Both the position numbers and the translations under genes were made by a program. A model generated the notes under the pieces. That model did no database searches and was not told where the DNA came from. It worked only from the letters and a program-made list of their open reading frames with translations. Source: Alphaproteobacteria bacterium (GTDB lineage: Bacteria; Pseudomonadota; Alphaproteobacteria; MPNO01; UBA830). From it: a DNA stretch of 64,000 bases. The stretch is taken from contig OZ219790.1 in the NCBI GenBank assembly GCA_964291215.2, positions 1,920,001 through 1,984,000 of the forward strand, in the 5' to 3' direction. Positions 43,450-52,948 of the stretch are shown here, in pieces (the stretch's first letter is position 1; the number at the start of each line of letters is the position of its first letter).

Positions 43450-45260
43450 GCGCACAACCTGCACGAACGTCTCGTGAAACACGAAAACCTGCGCTTCATA
43501 GACAACCATCGCGGTAGGGAACCGGGTTACCCCCCGCACAGAACCGGACGTGCGCTGTTCGCTCCTCCCCTGACGACAAGGCGCTGGTTTGGCCACGGAT
43601 GCTGGCTCATTGGGCAGCGGTGAGGGTGTCTATGTCCCCGGTGAAGTCCTTTTGGGAGCGTCGCCGAAGGGCACGCAGCTGTTTGCATTGGTGTATGAAC
43701 TTCTGCAGGCTGCTTCCTGGAACGGCGTAGTAGCAGCCGTTGATAACTCACCACTTGGCCGTTTCGTGCCGGTTATCGTGCCACCGCCTGCGCAAGGCCT
43801 CCTTGATCCGCCGCAGGGTGCCCGTTTGCGACCGACCCTGAACCTGCCTTTCCTCGTCTGTTCGCAGAAGTGCGTCATGCCGAGGAAGTCGAACGTCTTG
43901 CCCTGTCCACGCTTCCGGCGGTTCGCTCTGGCAAACCGACCGAACTCGATGATTTTCCGGGTGCAGTTCAAGTGGGCCAGTCTCTCCCCAAGGTCTCAGC
44001 GCCGCCCAGATGCTGAAAGCCGCACACGAAGTCGTCCGCATAATGATCGTGTCGCCTCCAGCCATCCGCTTGCGCCAGTGGTTCTGGAACCAGTCGTACG
44101 TAGTGCAGGTTCGCAAGGCATGGCGCCGCCCCTTGCGGCGTTACCTTGCCAGTCGGTCCCTTCCATGACGCCGGCGTCACTTGATGATCAGACCCCCCGA
44201 TCCGTGAGCATCGCGACCAGATGGTCGAGATTGTCGAAGGGGCGTCAACGATCCAGTTGACCTTCCGCCGTTCCACCGTGACGGCGCATGATGCGCCCCG
44301 GCCGGAAGCCGTAACTAAACCCGAGGAACTCCGTCTCGCGGCACCAGAATCACACCGCCCGCTGAAGAATCTTGTCCGAGGCAAGCGGTCGTTGCCCCTC
44401 CTTGGGTATGTAAACCCTGGAGGCGCCCGGTACGCACCCCTGTGCACACGGGCGTGCAGGCAGTTCCACACCCTCCGCGTACGCTTGCCACACAACGCCC
44501 CGCCGCCGCGTCCTTCCTCAAGGAATGGAACGCATCGTGCAGAACGTCGACCGTCACGTGGTGGAGTAAAGACGCTCTTCCGGGTTCCTCTTCGCTACCT
44601 GCGTTCAGCCGCCTGTGACCCCCGCTTCTGCGCGCGGCGCGGGCCAACCGCATTGCCCTTCCCTCCAACAACTCCGCAGGCTCCGAAGAACCCTTGTTCG
44701 CCGCCTTCAGCGGTACTATGGCCGAATCTGACTTCTCGTTCATCATCGGTTTACGGAATTTCCTCTGCGGCCCCTCCACGACAGAGGGGCAAGACCTCCC
44801 AGGTCCCTGCTTCGGCGCGTGCCCTGGTTCTCGGATCCCGCGGAGCCCCCCTCACCAACGCGGCTCGTTGCCTTCGGCCACGACCTCGGCACTCCGGTTT
44901 CAAAGCATCTCGTGGCTCAATAGCCTGCCGCTCCCCAACGCTTCGCCTCACGACGCATGGTTCACGGAGAAATTAGCCTCTCTCGGGACTTGCACCCGGC
45001 CACATTCCACCAGTTTGCCTGGCGCACCCGACGTCAGCTTCACCAACAATGCCGGAGAACAGAAGATCAGGATGGCAAAGGTCAAGGTGTCCGGATGCTT
45101 CCGCTCCACGCAAAAGCATGGTGCCAAGCTACCTCACCTCCATGGCCGCACTCGGCTACAATCATCACGTCGCAACCCAGATCGCCCTCGACGGAAAAGC
45201 CGCAGACATCATCAACGAGCACTACGACCAATCAGAACCCAACTAGGGGTGAGTAGATAC
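43450..45260 (+). mobile_element. IS66-family copy 3, right end only, split by group II intron
   Basis: 43450-43507 and 45028-45260 join to match the right end of copies 1/2, ending ggggtgagtagatac. Confidence 0.85.
43508..45027 (-). mobile_element. degenerate group II intron with frameshifted RT/maturase
   Basis: 5' GTGCG at 45027; 3' ...gcacgtccggttctgtgcgggg...ccctaccgcgAT at 43508; RT fragments TPQG, LHYV, YADDF, FDFLGMTH; host sequence rejoins precisely. Confidence 0.9.
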
Positions 45261-45622
45261 CCGACTTCTTTGTTGATAGTGGATACGTCGATGTAGGTAA
45301 ACGCTGACTCTGGAACTCTCTGCTCTCTATCGCTGGTAACCTGACGCATTCTTGCCCAACACCAATTCTGGGGAACGCTGAAAGGCGAGTTTGTTACGGG
45401 GGAGAAAGTCTTTTGCCGCCTGATAGCCCTCAACTTCACCAGCCGCGCCTTCTCCGCCGCGATCCGCTTCAGCAGTTCCGATGCTGGTTCGTCCGCCGGA
45501 TCCTGCTCCGCTAGCTTCCCCCGAACGGCGAGATCAAGCACGAAGCGGCGCAAGCAGGGAACAGCTTCGGGCGCTTCGGCCACGCGGTCGTAGAGAGCAA
45601 GCAAACGCCCGGCGGGATTCAT
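45261..45622 (-). pseudogene. hsdS: Type I R-M specificity subunit, N-terminal fragment
   Basis: LDLAVRGKL..QDPADEPASELLKRI..PFSVPQNWCW; cut by IS66 end. Confidence 0.88.
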
Positions 45623-45975
45623 GCCTCCGGCGGTCCCAGCTCGTTCAGCATCGCCTGCACCACGACGCGCAGGGCCGGCAGATCGTTGCGGGCATAGTCC
45701 CAGACATCTTCGGGCACGATGCTGTCGTAGCCGTGGGCCAGAACGTTCCGGAAACCGATAATCCTGGGCAGATCGGGGATTTGATCCGCATATTCGGGAT
45801 GGCTTTTGTGCAAGCGGTTCAACGCTTCGCCGATGATTTCGAACTTGCGCTCAACCGCGGCCTGGGTGCGCCGATCCTGAAGCCAGGCGTCGCGATCCAT
45901 GTCCTCGACGAACCGCTCGATATCGGCGCCCGCCTGCTCGACATCCCACAACGGGACGCGAGGATCACGGCGCAT
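45619..45975 (-). CDS. HEPN/DUF86 (HepT-like) toxin
   Basis: AVERKFEIIGEA and FRNVLAHGYD (RxxxxH). Confidence 0.9.
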   Translation of the reverse strand: MRRDPRVPLWDVEQAGADIERFVEDMDRDAWLQDRRTQAAVERKFEIIGEALNRLHKSHPEYADQIPDLPRIIGFRNVLAHGYDSIVPEDVWDYARNDLPALRVVVQAMLNELGPPEA

Positions 45976-46276
45976 AGACGAGCTCGCGGGACTTGTCGAT
46001 GGCCGCGCGCAGATAGGGGTTGCCGATTGCACGGGTTTCGAGCAGATCGACAGGACAGCCAAGCGCCTCCCGCAAGGCCTCGGCGAGATCGAAACGCCGG
46101 TGGAACGGCCGCAGTTCGCTGGCGGGATCGAATTCGACCAGGAAGTCGGCGTCGCTGGTGGCGGGATCGAAATCCGCGCCCCGCGCCGCCGAACCGAACA
46201 CTTCCAGCCGCACCACATCGTAGCGGCGGCACAGTTCCGCCAACTCGTCTTTCTTGTCAGCAATGGCGGGATGCAT
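45965..46276 (-). CDS. minimal nucleotidyltransferase (MntA-like) antitoxin
   Basis: FGSAARG...SDADFLV, PVDLL; overlaps HEPN gene. Confidence 0.9.
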   Translation of the reverse strand: MHPAIADKKDELAELCRRYDVVRLEVFGSAARGADFDPATSDADFLVEFDPASELRPFHRRFDLAEALREALGCPVDLLETRAIGNPYLRAAIDKSRELVYAP

Positions 46277-46321
46277 GGCCAGTCCTCCTGCGCAGGCGGC
46301 AAACAATACCCTTGCCCGGCG

Positions 46322-47773
46322 TCATCGCAGCAACGCTTCCGACAGGGCAGCCTTCAGCCGGTCGCGCAACGATGCGACTTCCGCCTCGGCAGCGTTCAAC
46401 TCTGCGAGCAGCGTCTCCGGGTCGCCGAGGTCGGCACTCTCCGTGTGCGGGTTCCTGATGTCGAGATTGTAGCCGCGCGCCTCGATGTCCCCGGCGCTTA
46501 CCTTCCAGGCGCGCCTGCCTTCGGTGCGGCCCTTGCGCTCCTGTCCGCCCCACCAGGCGGAGCAGTCGTCGAGATGCTCCAGCCGGATGGGGCGCGTCAT
46601 CGAATAGGCTTTCTGCCCTTCGGGCACAAGATGTTCCCGGAACCAGACCTCCCGCGTCGGTTCGCCCTTCTCGAAGAACAGCAGGTTGGTCCCGATCGAG
46701 GCGTAGGGGCGGAAAACCGAGTTAGGCAACCGGACGACAGTGTGCAGCTTGCATTCCTTCATCAGGCTCTCCTTGAGCCGGGTCTTGACGCCCTCGCCGA
46801 ACGGCGAGCCGTCGGGCAGGACCACGGCAGCCCGGCCGCCGGGTTTCAACAGCCGGATGATGAGGGCCAGAAACAGGTCCGCGGTCTCGCGCGTCCGGAA
46901 CCGCTTCGGGAAATTGGACTCGATGCCGTCCTCTTCCTTGCCGCCGAAGGGCGGATTGGTCAGAACGATGTCCACGCGCTCGTCCCGTCCCCACGAAATC
47001 CACGGACGCGCCAGCGTGTTGTCGTGGCGCAGAAAGGACGGATCCTCGATGCCGTGCAGCAACATGTTGGTGGTCGCCAGCATGTGGGGAAGCGGCTTCT
47101 TTTCCACGGCGCGCAACGAAGCCTGCATGCGGGCCTCGTCTTCGGGGCGCCTGACGTGGCGCTCGCGCATGTGGCGGATGGCGCAGGTGAGGAATCCGCC
47201 AGTTCCGCAGGCCGGGTCGAACAGCGTCTCGCCGGGCTTCGGGTCGATCATCCGGGTCATGAAGGAGGTCACGGCGCGCGGCGTGTAGTATTCGCCCGCG
47301 TTGCCGGCCGACTGCAGGTCGTTGAGGACTTGCTCGTAGATGTCGCCGAAATGCCGGCGTTCGGCCAGATCGTTGAAGTCGACGCCGTTGATCCTGTTGA
47401 GGACCTGACGCATCAACTGGCCCGACTTCATGTAGTTCCAGGCATCCTCGAACACGGCGCGAACTACATGGGCGCGGGGGCCACTCCCCGGCGGGAGATT
47501 CTTCAGGGCCGGAAAGAGCTTCCCGTTGACGAAGTCGAGGAGTTCCTCGCCGGTAACGCCCTCCGGGTTGGCGGCCCAGGCGCGCCATTGCAGGCCGGCG
47601 GGTATTGGCGAGCGATAGCCCTCCCTGAGCTCTTCAAGTTTCTGGTCCTGATCGTCGATGATCTTGAGGAAGAACATCCAGCAGAGTTGGCCGATGCGCT
47701 GGGCGTCGCCATCCACGCCCACATCCTGGCGCATGATGTCCTGGATGGACTTCACGAGGGTGCTGACAGCCAT
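46322..47773 (-). CDS. hsdM: Type I R-M methyltransferase subunit
   Basis: GEYYTPR, DPACGTGGFL, NPPF. Confidence 0.96.
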   Translation of the reverse strand: MAVSTLVKSIQDIMRQDVGVDGDAQRIGQLCWMFFLKIIDDQDQKLEELREGYRSPIPAGLQWRAWAANPEGVTGEELLDFVNGKLFPALKNLPPGSGPRAHVVRAVFEDAWNYMKSGQLMRQVLNRINGVDFNDLAERRHFGDIYEQVLNDLQSAGNAGEYYTPRAVTSFMTRMIDPKPGETLFDPACGTGGFLTCAIRHMRERHVRRPEDEARMQASLRAVEKKPLPHMLATTNMLLHGIEDPSFLRHDNTLARPWISWGRDERVDIVLTNPPFGGKEEDGIESNFPKRFRTRETADLFLALIIRLLKPGGRAAVVLPDGSPFGEGVKTRLKESLMKECKLHTVVRLPNSVFRPYASIGTNLLFFEKGEPTREVWFREHLVPEGQKAYSMTRPIRLEHLDDCSAWWGGQERKGRTEGRRAWKVSAGDIEARGYNLDIRNPHTESADLGDPETLLAELNAAEAEVASLRDRLKAALSEALLR

Positions 47774-47775
47774 GT

Positions 47776-50190
47776 TCAGGCGGCTTCCCTGTAGAGAGAG
47801 GACTGAAGGTCGTGAACGGCCCGCTCAAAATCGGACCTTTCGCCGAATGCCCGGACCAGCTCGAGCGGAGTGCCCAGCCTGTCGATAGGCGGAATCCTCA
47901 GCACATTGGCGTCATCGAGGTTGAGCAAGCCCTCGTCGGCGTACTTGTCGAGCAGCGCATCGAGCACGGCGCGGGCGCGCTCTCCGTATTTCGAGAACAC
48001 ATCGCGCTTTCGTACCTTGTCGGCCCGCTCGCGGCGCGTCAGCGGTTTGGCGTCGAAGGCAACATGGCAGATGAGGTCGAAGGGATCGAGGTCCTTGCCC
48101 AACTCGTCGACCAGCACATCCATCGGCAGGCCTTCGGCCGCCATCTCCTCGATGATCGCCTGCTTCCGCTCGGCGGCATTCCAGCGCCTCAGGAAATGGT
48201 CGAGGCTCGCAAAGCGCCTGCGCAGGGCCTTTCTGGTGAAGTCGCGCAGCGACTCGGTCACGAGCTTGCCGTGCTCGTCGAGATACTCCACACGCTCGGC
48301 TACGACGGTCGCGTCGATACCATCGACATAGATTTTCTTTATCGGCCCGCCCCCCGGCGGGGACGGAAAGCCGGGACCGGGGCCGACTTTCTCGTCGTCG
48401 CCGGGAAGCGGGCCTCCGTCATCATCGATTGGCGGCCCGTCGGGCGGATCAATGGGATCGTTCTCCCCCGGTTCGTGGATCTGCACGGGCTCGCCGTCGA
48501 ACTCCAGATCGGCAAAATGGCTGGTGGCGCCGCGGAAGTCGATCAGCGTGAAATAGAGCTTGCCCGTGTCCTCATGTACGCGGGTGCCGCGACCGACAAT
48601 CTGCTTGAACTCGGTCATCGAACCGATATTGCGGTCGAGCACGATCAGCCGGCAGGTCTGCACATCGACGCCCGTGGAGAGCAGCCGCGAGGTGGTGACA
48701 AGCACGGGATCCCTCGATTCCGGGTCGGTGAAGCGGTCGAGTTCGGCCAGTCCCTCGACATCGCCGCCCGTGATGCGCACGACATAGCGCGGATGGCTGT
48801 CCAGCATGTCGGCGTTTTCGTTGATAAGGGCCTGACGCATGCGCGCGGCGTGTTCCCGGTCGACGCAAAAGACGATGGCCTTCTGAAAGCGGTCGCCACT
48901 TTCCTTGAGGAACTGCGTGACCTTTTGCGCCACCCGCTTCGTGCGCCCGTCGATGACCAGCGTACGGTCGAAGTCCCTGCCGTTGTAGATGCGGTCCGCG
49001 ACCGGCTCGCCGCAGCGGTCGAGCTGGCCCTTTTCCGGGCGGTAGCCTTCCACATCGCGGTCGATATGAACCTTGACCACCTTGTAGGGTGCGAGGAAGC
49101 CGTCGCGAATGCCCTGCTTCAACGAGTAGGAGAACACCGGCTCACCGAAGTAAACGATGTTGGAGGCGTATTTCGTTTCTATCGGCGTGGCGGTAAGGCC
49201 GATCTGGGTGGCGGAAGAAAAGTACTCGAGAATCTCGCGCCAGACCGAATCATCGGCAGCGCTGCCGCGATGGCATTCGTCGACAACGATCAGGTCGAAG
49301 AAACCGGGAGAGAGCTCGCGGTAAGCCTTCTGGTATTCCTCGGGGCCGGTGATTGCCTGATAGAGTCCGAGATAGATTTCGCAGGCCGTGTCGATGCGCA
49401 GGGTGCCTCCGGCGTCGCGCTGTATGGTCCTGGCTTGGGTGGACAGCTTGGCCATCGCGCCGCCGAAGGGGCGAAAGTCGTTCACCATCGTCTGGTCGAC
49501 CAGCACATTGCGGTCGGCGAGGAACAGGACGCGCTTCTTGCGTCCCGCCTTCCACAGCCGCCAGATGATCTGGAAAGCAGTGTAGGTCTTGCCTGTGCCG
49601 GTAGCCATGACGAGGAGAATGCGCGACTGCCCCCTGGCGATGGCCTCGACAGCGGCGTTGACGGCGCTGGTCTGGTAGTAGCGCGGAGTCTTGCCGCTGC
49701 CATCGTCGTGATAGTCCTGAAGGACGATGTCCTCGACCTCCGGGGCAAGGCCTTTCCAGATTCGGTAACGCGCCCAAAGGTCGGCGGGCTGCGGAAACCC
49801 GTCTAGGGCAAGGTCCGTCTCGCGCGGCGTGCTCGCGCCGGTGCGGTCGTGGAACACGAAGCCGTCGCCGTTGGACGAGAAGGCGAAGGGAACGTTCAGC
49901 GTTTCGGCGTAGCCGAGGGCCTGCTGCATGCCGTCGCCAACGCTGTGGTTGTTGTCCTTGGCCTCGATGACCGCCAGCGGGATGTTGGGCTTGACGTAGA
50001 GCACATAGTCGGCGCGCTTGGCTTGCCCGCGCGCGACCAGCTTTCCCCGAACGATGATGCGGCCTTTGGTGAAGCTCACCTCCTCGCGGATCTGCCGCAT
50101 CTCGTCCCACCCTGCCCGGCGCAGGGCGGGGGTGACGAACTTGGTGCAGATGTCGCGCTCGGAGAGGCTGCGCTTGTCCAGGGAGGTCAC
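47776..50190 (-). CDS. hsdR: Type I R-M restriction subunit (EcoAI/EcoEI-like)
   Basis: ADY..VIEAK nuclease, MATGTGKT, DECHRG, TATP, QIVGRGTR. Confidence 0.96.
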   Translation of the reverse strand: MTSLDKRSLSERDICTKFVTPALRRAGWDEMRQIREEVSFTKGRIIVRGKLVARGQAKRADYVLYVKPNIPLAVIEAKDNNHSVGDGMQQALGYAETLNVPFAFSSNGDGFVFHDRTGASTPRETDLALDGFPQPADLWARYRIWKGLAPEVEDIVLQDYHDDGSGKTPRYYQTSAVNAAVEAIARGQSRILLVMATGTGKTYTAFQIIWRLWKAGRKKRVLFLADRNVLVDQTMVNDFRPFGGAMAKLSTQARTIQRDAGGTLRIDTACEIYLGLYQAITGPEEYQKAYRELSPGFFDLIVVDECHRGSAADDSVWREILEYFSSATQIGLTATPIETKYASNIVYFGEPVFSYSLKQGIRDGFLAPYKVVKVHIDRDVEGYRPEKGQLDRCGEPVADRIYNGRDFDRTLVIDGRTKRVAQKVTQFLKESGDRFQKAIVFCVDREHAARMRQALINENADMLDSHPRYVVRITGGDVEGLAELDRFTDPESRDPVLVTTSRLLSTGVDVQTCRLIVLDRNIGSMTEFKQIVGRGTRVHEDTGKLYFTLIDFRGATSHFADLEFDGEPVQIHEPGENDPIDPPDGPPIDDDGGPLPGDDEKVGPGPGFPSPPGGGPIKKIYVDGIDATVVAERVEYLDEHGKLVTESLRDFTRKALRRRFASLDHFLRRWNAAERKQAIIEEMAAEGLPMDVLVDELGKDLDPFDLICHVAFDAKPLTRRERADKVRKRDVFSKYGERARAVLDALLDKYADEGLLNLDDANVLRIPPIDRLGTPLELVRAFGERSDFERAVHDLQSSLYREAA

Positions 50191-50212
50191 TGGCTTGCCA
50201 ACCCGATGCTAC

Positions 50213-50404
50213 TCATCGTCGTTCCTCCCGCGCGGTCGCCGCGGCCTCGGGCGCATCGAGCGACTTCAGCCGCTGGTACTCCTCAACGGAGAGCACGACG
50301 ACGACCGGCCGTCCGTGCTTGGCTACGACCACGGGTTCGACGCGGGCCAGATCGATCAACCGGCCGAAGCCGTACTTCGCATCCTTGGCGCTCAGGGTCT
50401 GCAT
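50213..50404 (-). CDS. Phd/YefM family antitoxin
   Basis: SAKDAKYGFGRLID...PVVVAKHGRPVVVVLSVEEY. Confidence 0.85.
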   Translation of the reverse strand: MQTLSAKDAKYGFGRLIDLARVEPVVVAKHGRPVVVVLSVEEYQRLKSLDAPEAAATAREERR

Positions 50405-50587
50405 GGGCCTTCCCGTTGACATTCTCGCCATTCTGGCCAATTTGGCCGGAAACGCAAGAGGCAGGCGCCCGTCCGCCTTTGGGCCGCCGCTTGAAGCCCC
50501 GTGTCTTCCCGGAAGGCAACGAATTCATGAATCCTCATTTACTGCGAACCGTGTCTTGATACGTTCGGACCAGAATAAAGATTCTGA

Positions 50588-51433
50588 CTACATCGTCGGG
50601 CTGTTCATGACGACACCGATGCTCTGAAATCCTTTCACCGGGTCGAAAGACTCCAGTTCGTCCCGCTTGTCCAGAATCGGAAGCCCGACTTTCTCGGCGT
50701 CTGGAAGCGGTGCGAAAAAGTGCCGAAACCGCTTGCCTTCGAACACCAGATAGTCGTACCGCTCGCCATAAGCGGGCCCCGACAGAATTTCAAGCCGGTC
50801 GCCCTCCTTCCCCCACTCTGGCGAGTTCATACGAACTGTCAGCCAATCCCGCTGGCGCTTCCACCTTTTCCGTTGGCACCGCCAGCTGTAGGTGTGCCTC
50901 AACGCGCTTTCTGTATCTTCGTTCCGCACAATCGCTCTTATCAGACATACACATCCGTGCACAAGCTCATGCATCACATCGATGCCGACAATGGGCATTG
51001 GGCTGAGGATTTCTCCTTCTATCGGGAAGTACCGCCAAACAAGCGACCCTTTGGAACTCTCTTGAGGGCCGTCCAGATTTGCCAGAAATTCGTTGAGTGT
51101 CGAGAATGGAAATGAGCTCATGCTGGGGAAACTGTGGCGGAAGTCGTCGTAGTACGCGCACAGAACATCTCGATCTCCCCCCGGAAGTTCGGCGAACAAA
51201 ACGGATTGTGCGTGTGTCTTCCGTGGCTGCACACCGCGTGCATACAGAATCGCCTTGAAACCTTGTTCGATCAGAAAATATCCGGCAACAACGTATCCCC
51301 AACCCTGAGCCACTTCGTATTCCGGGATCAGATCTGGCGTTATCGGAGTTGCTGCATACTTTTTCCGTTCCATCTTCAGCGCTGTTTCCAACCGGGACAA
51401 AAAGCGCTTCTTGTAGGCAATCTTGCCTGTCAT
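50588..51433 (-). CDS. hypothetical protein, HEPN-like
   Basis: 281-aa lower-GC ORF; IEQGFKA...KTH and WRY resemble HEPN signature. Confidence 0.6.
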   Translation of the reverse strand: MTGKIAYKKRFLSRLETALKMERKKYAATPITPDLIPEYEVAQGWGYVVAGYFLIEQGFKAILYARGVQPRKTHAQSVLFAELPGGDRDVLCAYYDDFRHSFPSMSSFPFSTLNEFLANLDGPQESSKGSLVWRYFPIEGEILSPMPIVGIDVMHELVHGCVCLIRAIVRNEDTESALRHTYSWRCQRKRWKRQRDWLTVRMNSPEWGKEGDRLEILSGPAYGERYDYLVFEGKRFRHFFAPLPDAEKVGLPILDKRDELESFDPVKGFQSIGVVMNSPTM

Positions 51434-51810
51434 TGGTATGTCTCCGACTCATGTTCTATGCGATCCGGTACCAGCCGCCAGCCCTCTTCCGTGCTTTCGA
51501 CTGAGGAAAGCGTCGACATGCGTGTGGACACCAGTCTCGCCGGGCTCGCGGCGTCGATCACCGCGCCGAATCGATCCTTGATCGCGTCCACCAGTTGCGC
51601 TGGCATCATCGGAGTCCCAGTATCGCGCAGCGCCATTTGGCACAGAGCGTCGATCTCCCTGCCGGACACCGTCCGAGGCGGGGGGCGACTGAACTCTTCG
51701 TGGACCAGCAGGTACGCATTCAGCCGATCCAACTCTTCTTGCAGTTTGGCAATTTCGTCACCCAGTTTCTTGCGGCGACGCCTTACGCGATTCACGGGTG
51801 ATTCGTTCAT
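51430..51810 (-). CDS. hypothetical protein (coiled coil + possible winged HTH)
   Basis: 126-aa ORF overlapping next gene by ATGA. Confidence 0.55.
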   Translation of the reverse strand: MNESPVNRVRRRRKKLGDEIAKLQEELDRLNAYLLVHEEFSRPPPRTVSGREIDALCQMALRDTGTPMMPAQLVDAIKDRFGAVIDAASPARLVSTRMSTLSSVESTEEGWRLVPDRIEHESETYQ

Positions 51811-51839
51811 TTACTGGCCCATACTATCTGCCTAGGCAT

Positions 51840-51920
51840 TGATAGTAAGATATATATCAAGATACGTCAAGAAAATATGATTTGACATCAACTTTCATCT
51901 TGACACTCCGTTGTCAGATT
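51840..51920. promoter_or_regulatory. AT-rich divergent promoter region with palindromes
   Basis: GTCAA-N11-TTGAC (51866-51886), TGACA-N6-TGTCA (51901-51916), two TTGACA hexamers. Confidence 0.45.
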
Positions 51921-51963
51921 GCCATTATTGATTTGGCACGACAACCATGAGGGCCCACATTTG

Positions 51964-52767
51964 ATGACCAAAAGATTCTCGGAACGGCACGGCTATCGAC
52001 CAACCGCTCCAAAGATCACAGTTCGTGAGGATGCTCCCCCGGAACTGCGTGGCGTTATTCCCTTGATTGCTGAAGAGGCAGGCATGAAGCCATCCGTCAT
52101 GCGGAAGGTGATTTGTAAAGTCTTGCTGGTGCCTCCCGACCTGAGCAATTGGTCCGATTACCCAAACATCTTCGAGGAGGTCACTCTGCTTATTCAAGAG
52201 GCCTCTTGGTACAAGATTTACGACATAGCCGAGGCTCTTTATGCGAAACTCGCCGTAAAAGGCCCGCCGCTGGAACCTTCTGAGCCGGCAAACAAGTTCG
52301 TGCGGCTCCTGAACGAATTCTTCGTAGAAAACGGCATCGGTTGGGAACTCCGCAACGGCCAGATCATTCGCAGAGGCTCGGATACTTTCGCCAAGAGTAC
52401 GCGTGAAGTTCCTGACCGTTTGGAAAAGAAAGGCTTTCAACGCACTGCAAAAGAAATGCGCGAGGCCCTGATAGACATTTCTCGTCGTCCGGAGCCGGAC
52501 ATCACCGGCGCCATTCAACATGCGATGGCGGCCCTTGAGGCAACCGCGCGCGAGATAAGCAGCCAACCCAATTTGACCTTGGGCAAGCTCGTGTCCAAAC
52601 TTGATTTGCCAACGCCTCTCGATCAAGCCGTGCACAAACTATGGGGCTATGCTTCCGAGTACGCTCGCCACATCCACGAGGGGAAGTCCATTGATGACTC
52701 CGAAGCCGAATTGATTGTTGCAATCGCCGGTTCGCTTTGCGCGTTTTTGGTTCAGCGCGACTCCTGA
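51964..52767 (+). CDS. AbiJ-NTD4-like domain protein
   Basis: RFSERHGY..ITVREDAP N-terminus, WYKIYD, C-terminal LWGYASEYARH. Confidence 0.7.
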   Translation: MTKRFSERHGYRPTAPKITVREDAPPELRGVIPLIAEEAGMKPSVMRKVICKVLLVPPDLSNWSDYPNIFEEVTLLIQEASWYKIYDIAEALYAKLAVKGPPLEPSEPANKFVRLLNEFFVENGIGWELRNGQIIRRGSDTFAKSTREVPDRLEKKGFQRTAKEMREALIDISRRPEPDITGAIQHAMAALEATAREISSQPNLTLGKLVSKLDLPTPLDQAVHKLWGYASEYARHIHEGKSIDDSEAELIVAIAGSLCAFLVQRDS

Positions 52768-52948
52768 TTTCGATGTCTTCTTTGGTGCTGGGTGCCCATG
52801 GTTTGGGGTTCGTTACCGAATATCTGCCAGTGGCGTTTTGTGAGTACGCTGCGTTGGCTTAATCGACACCCTCACGGTCCCGGGGCGCGAAACACCCCCC
52901 CCCCCTTTCCGATGCGAGTCGCCGAATGTGAATTTCACCAGAATACGG

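Noticed and set aside
43600-44750. Retron or DGR reverse transcriptase
   Set aside because: Flanked by group II intron 5' GTGCG and domain V/VI-like 3' end with precise exon junctions; no TR/VR pair seen
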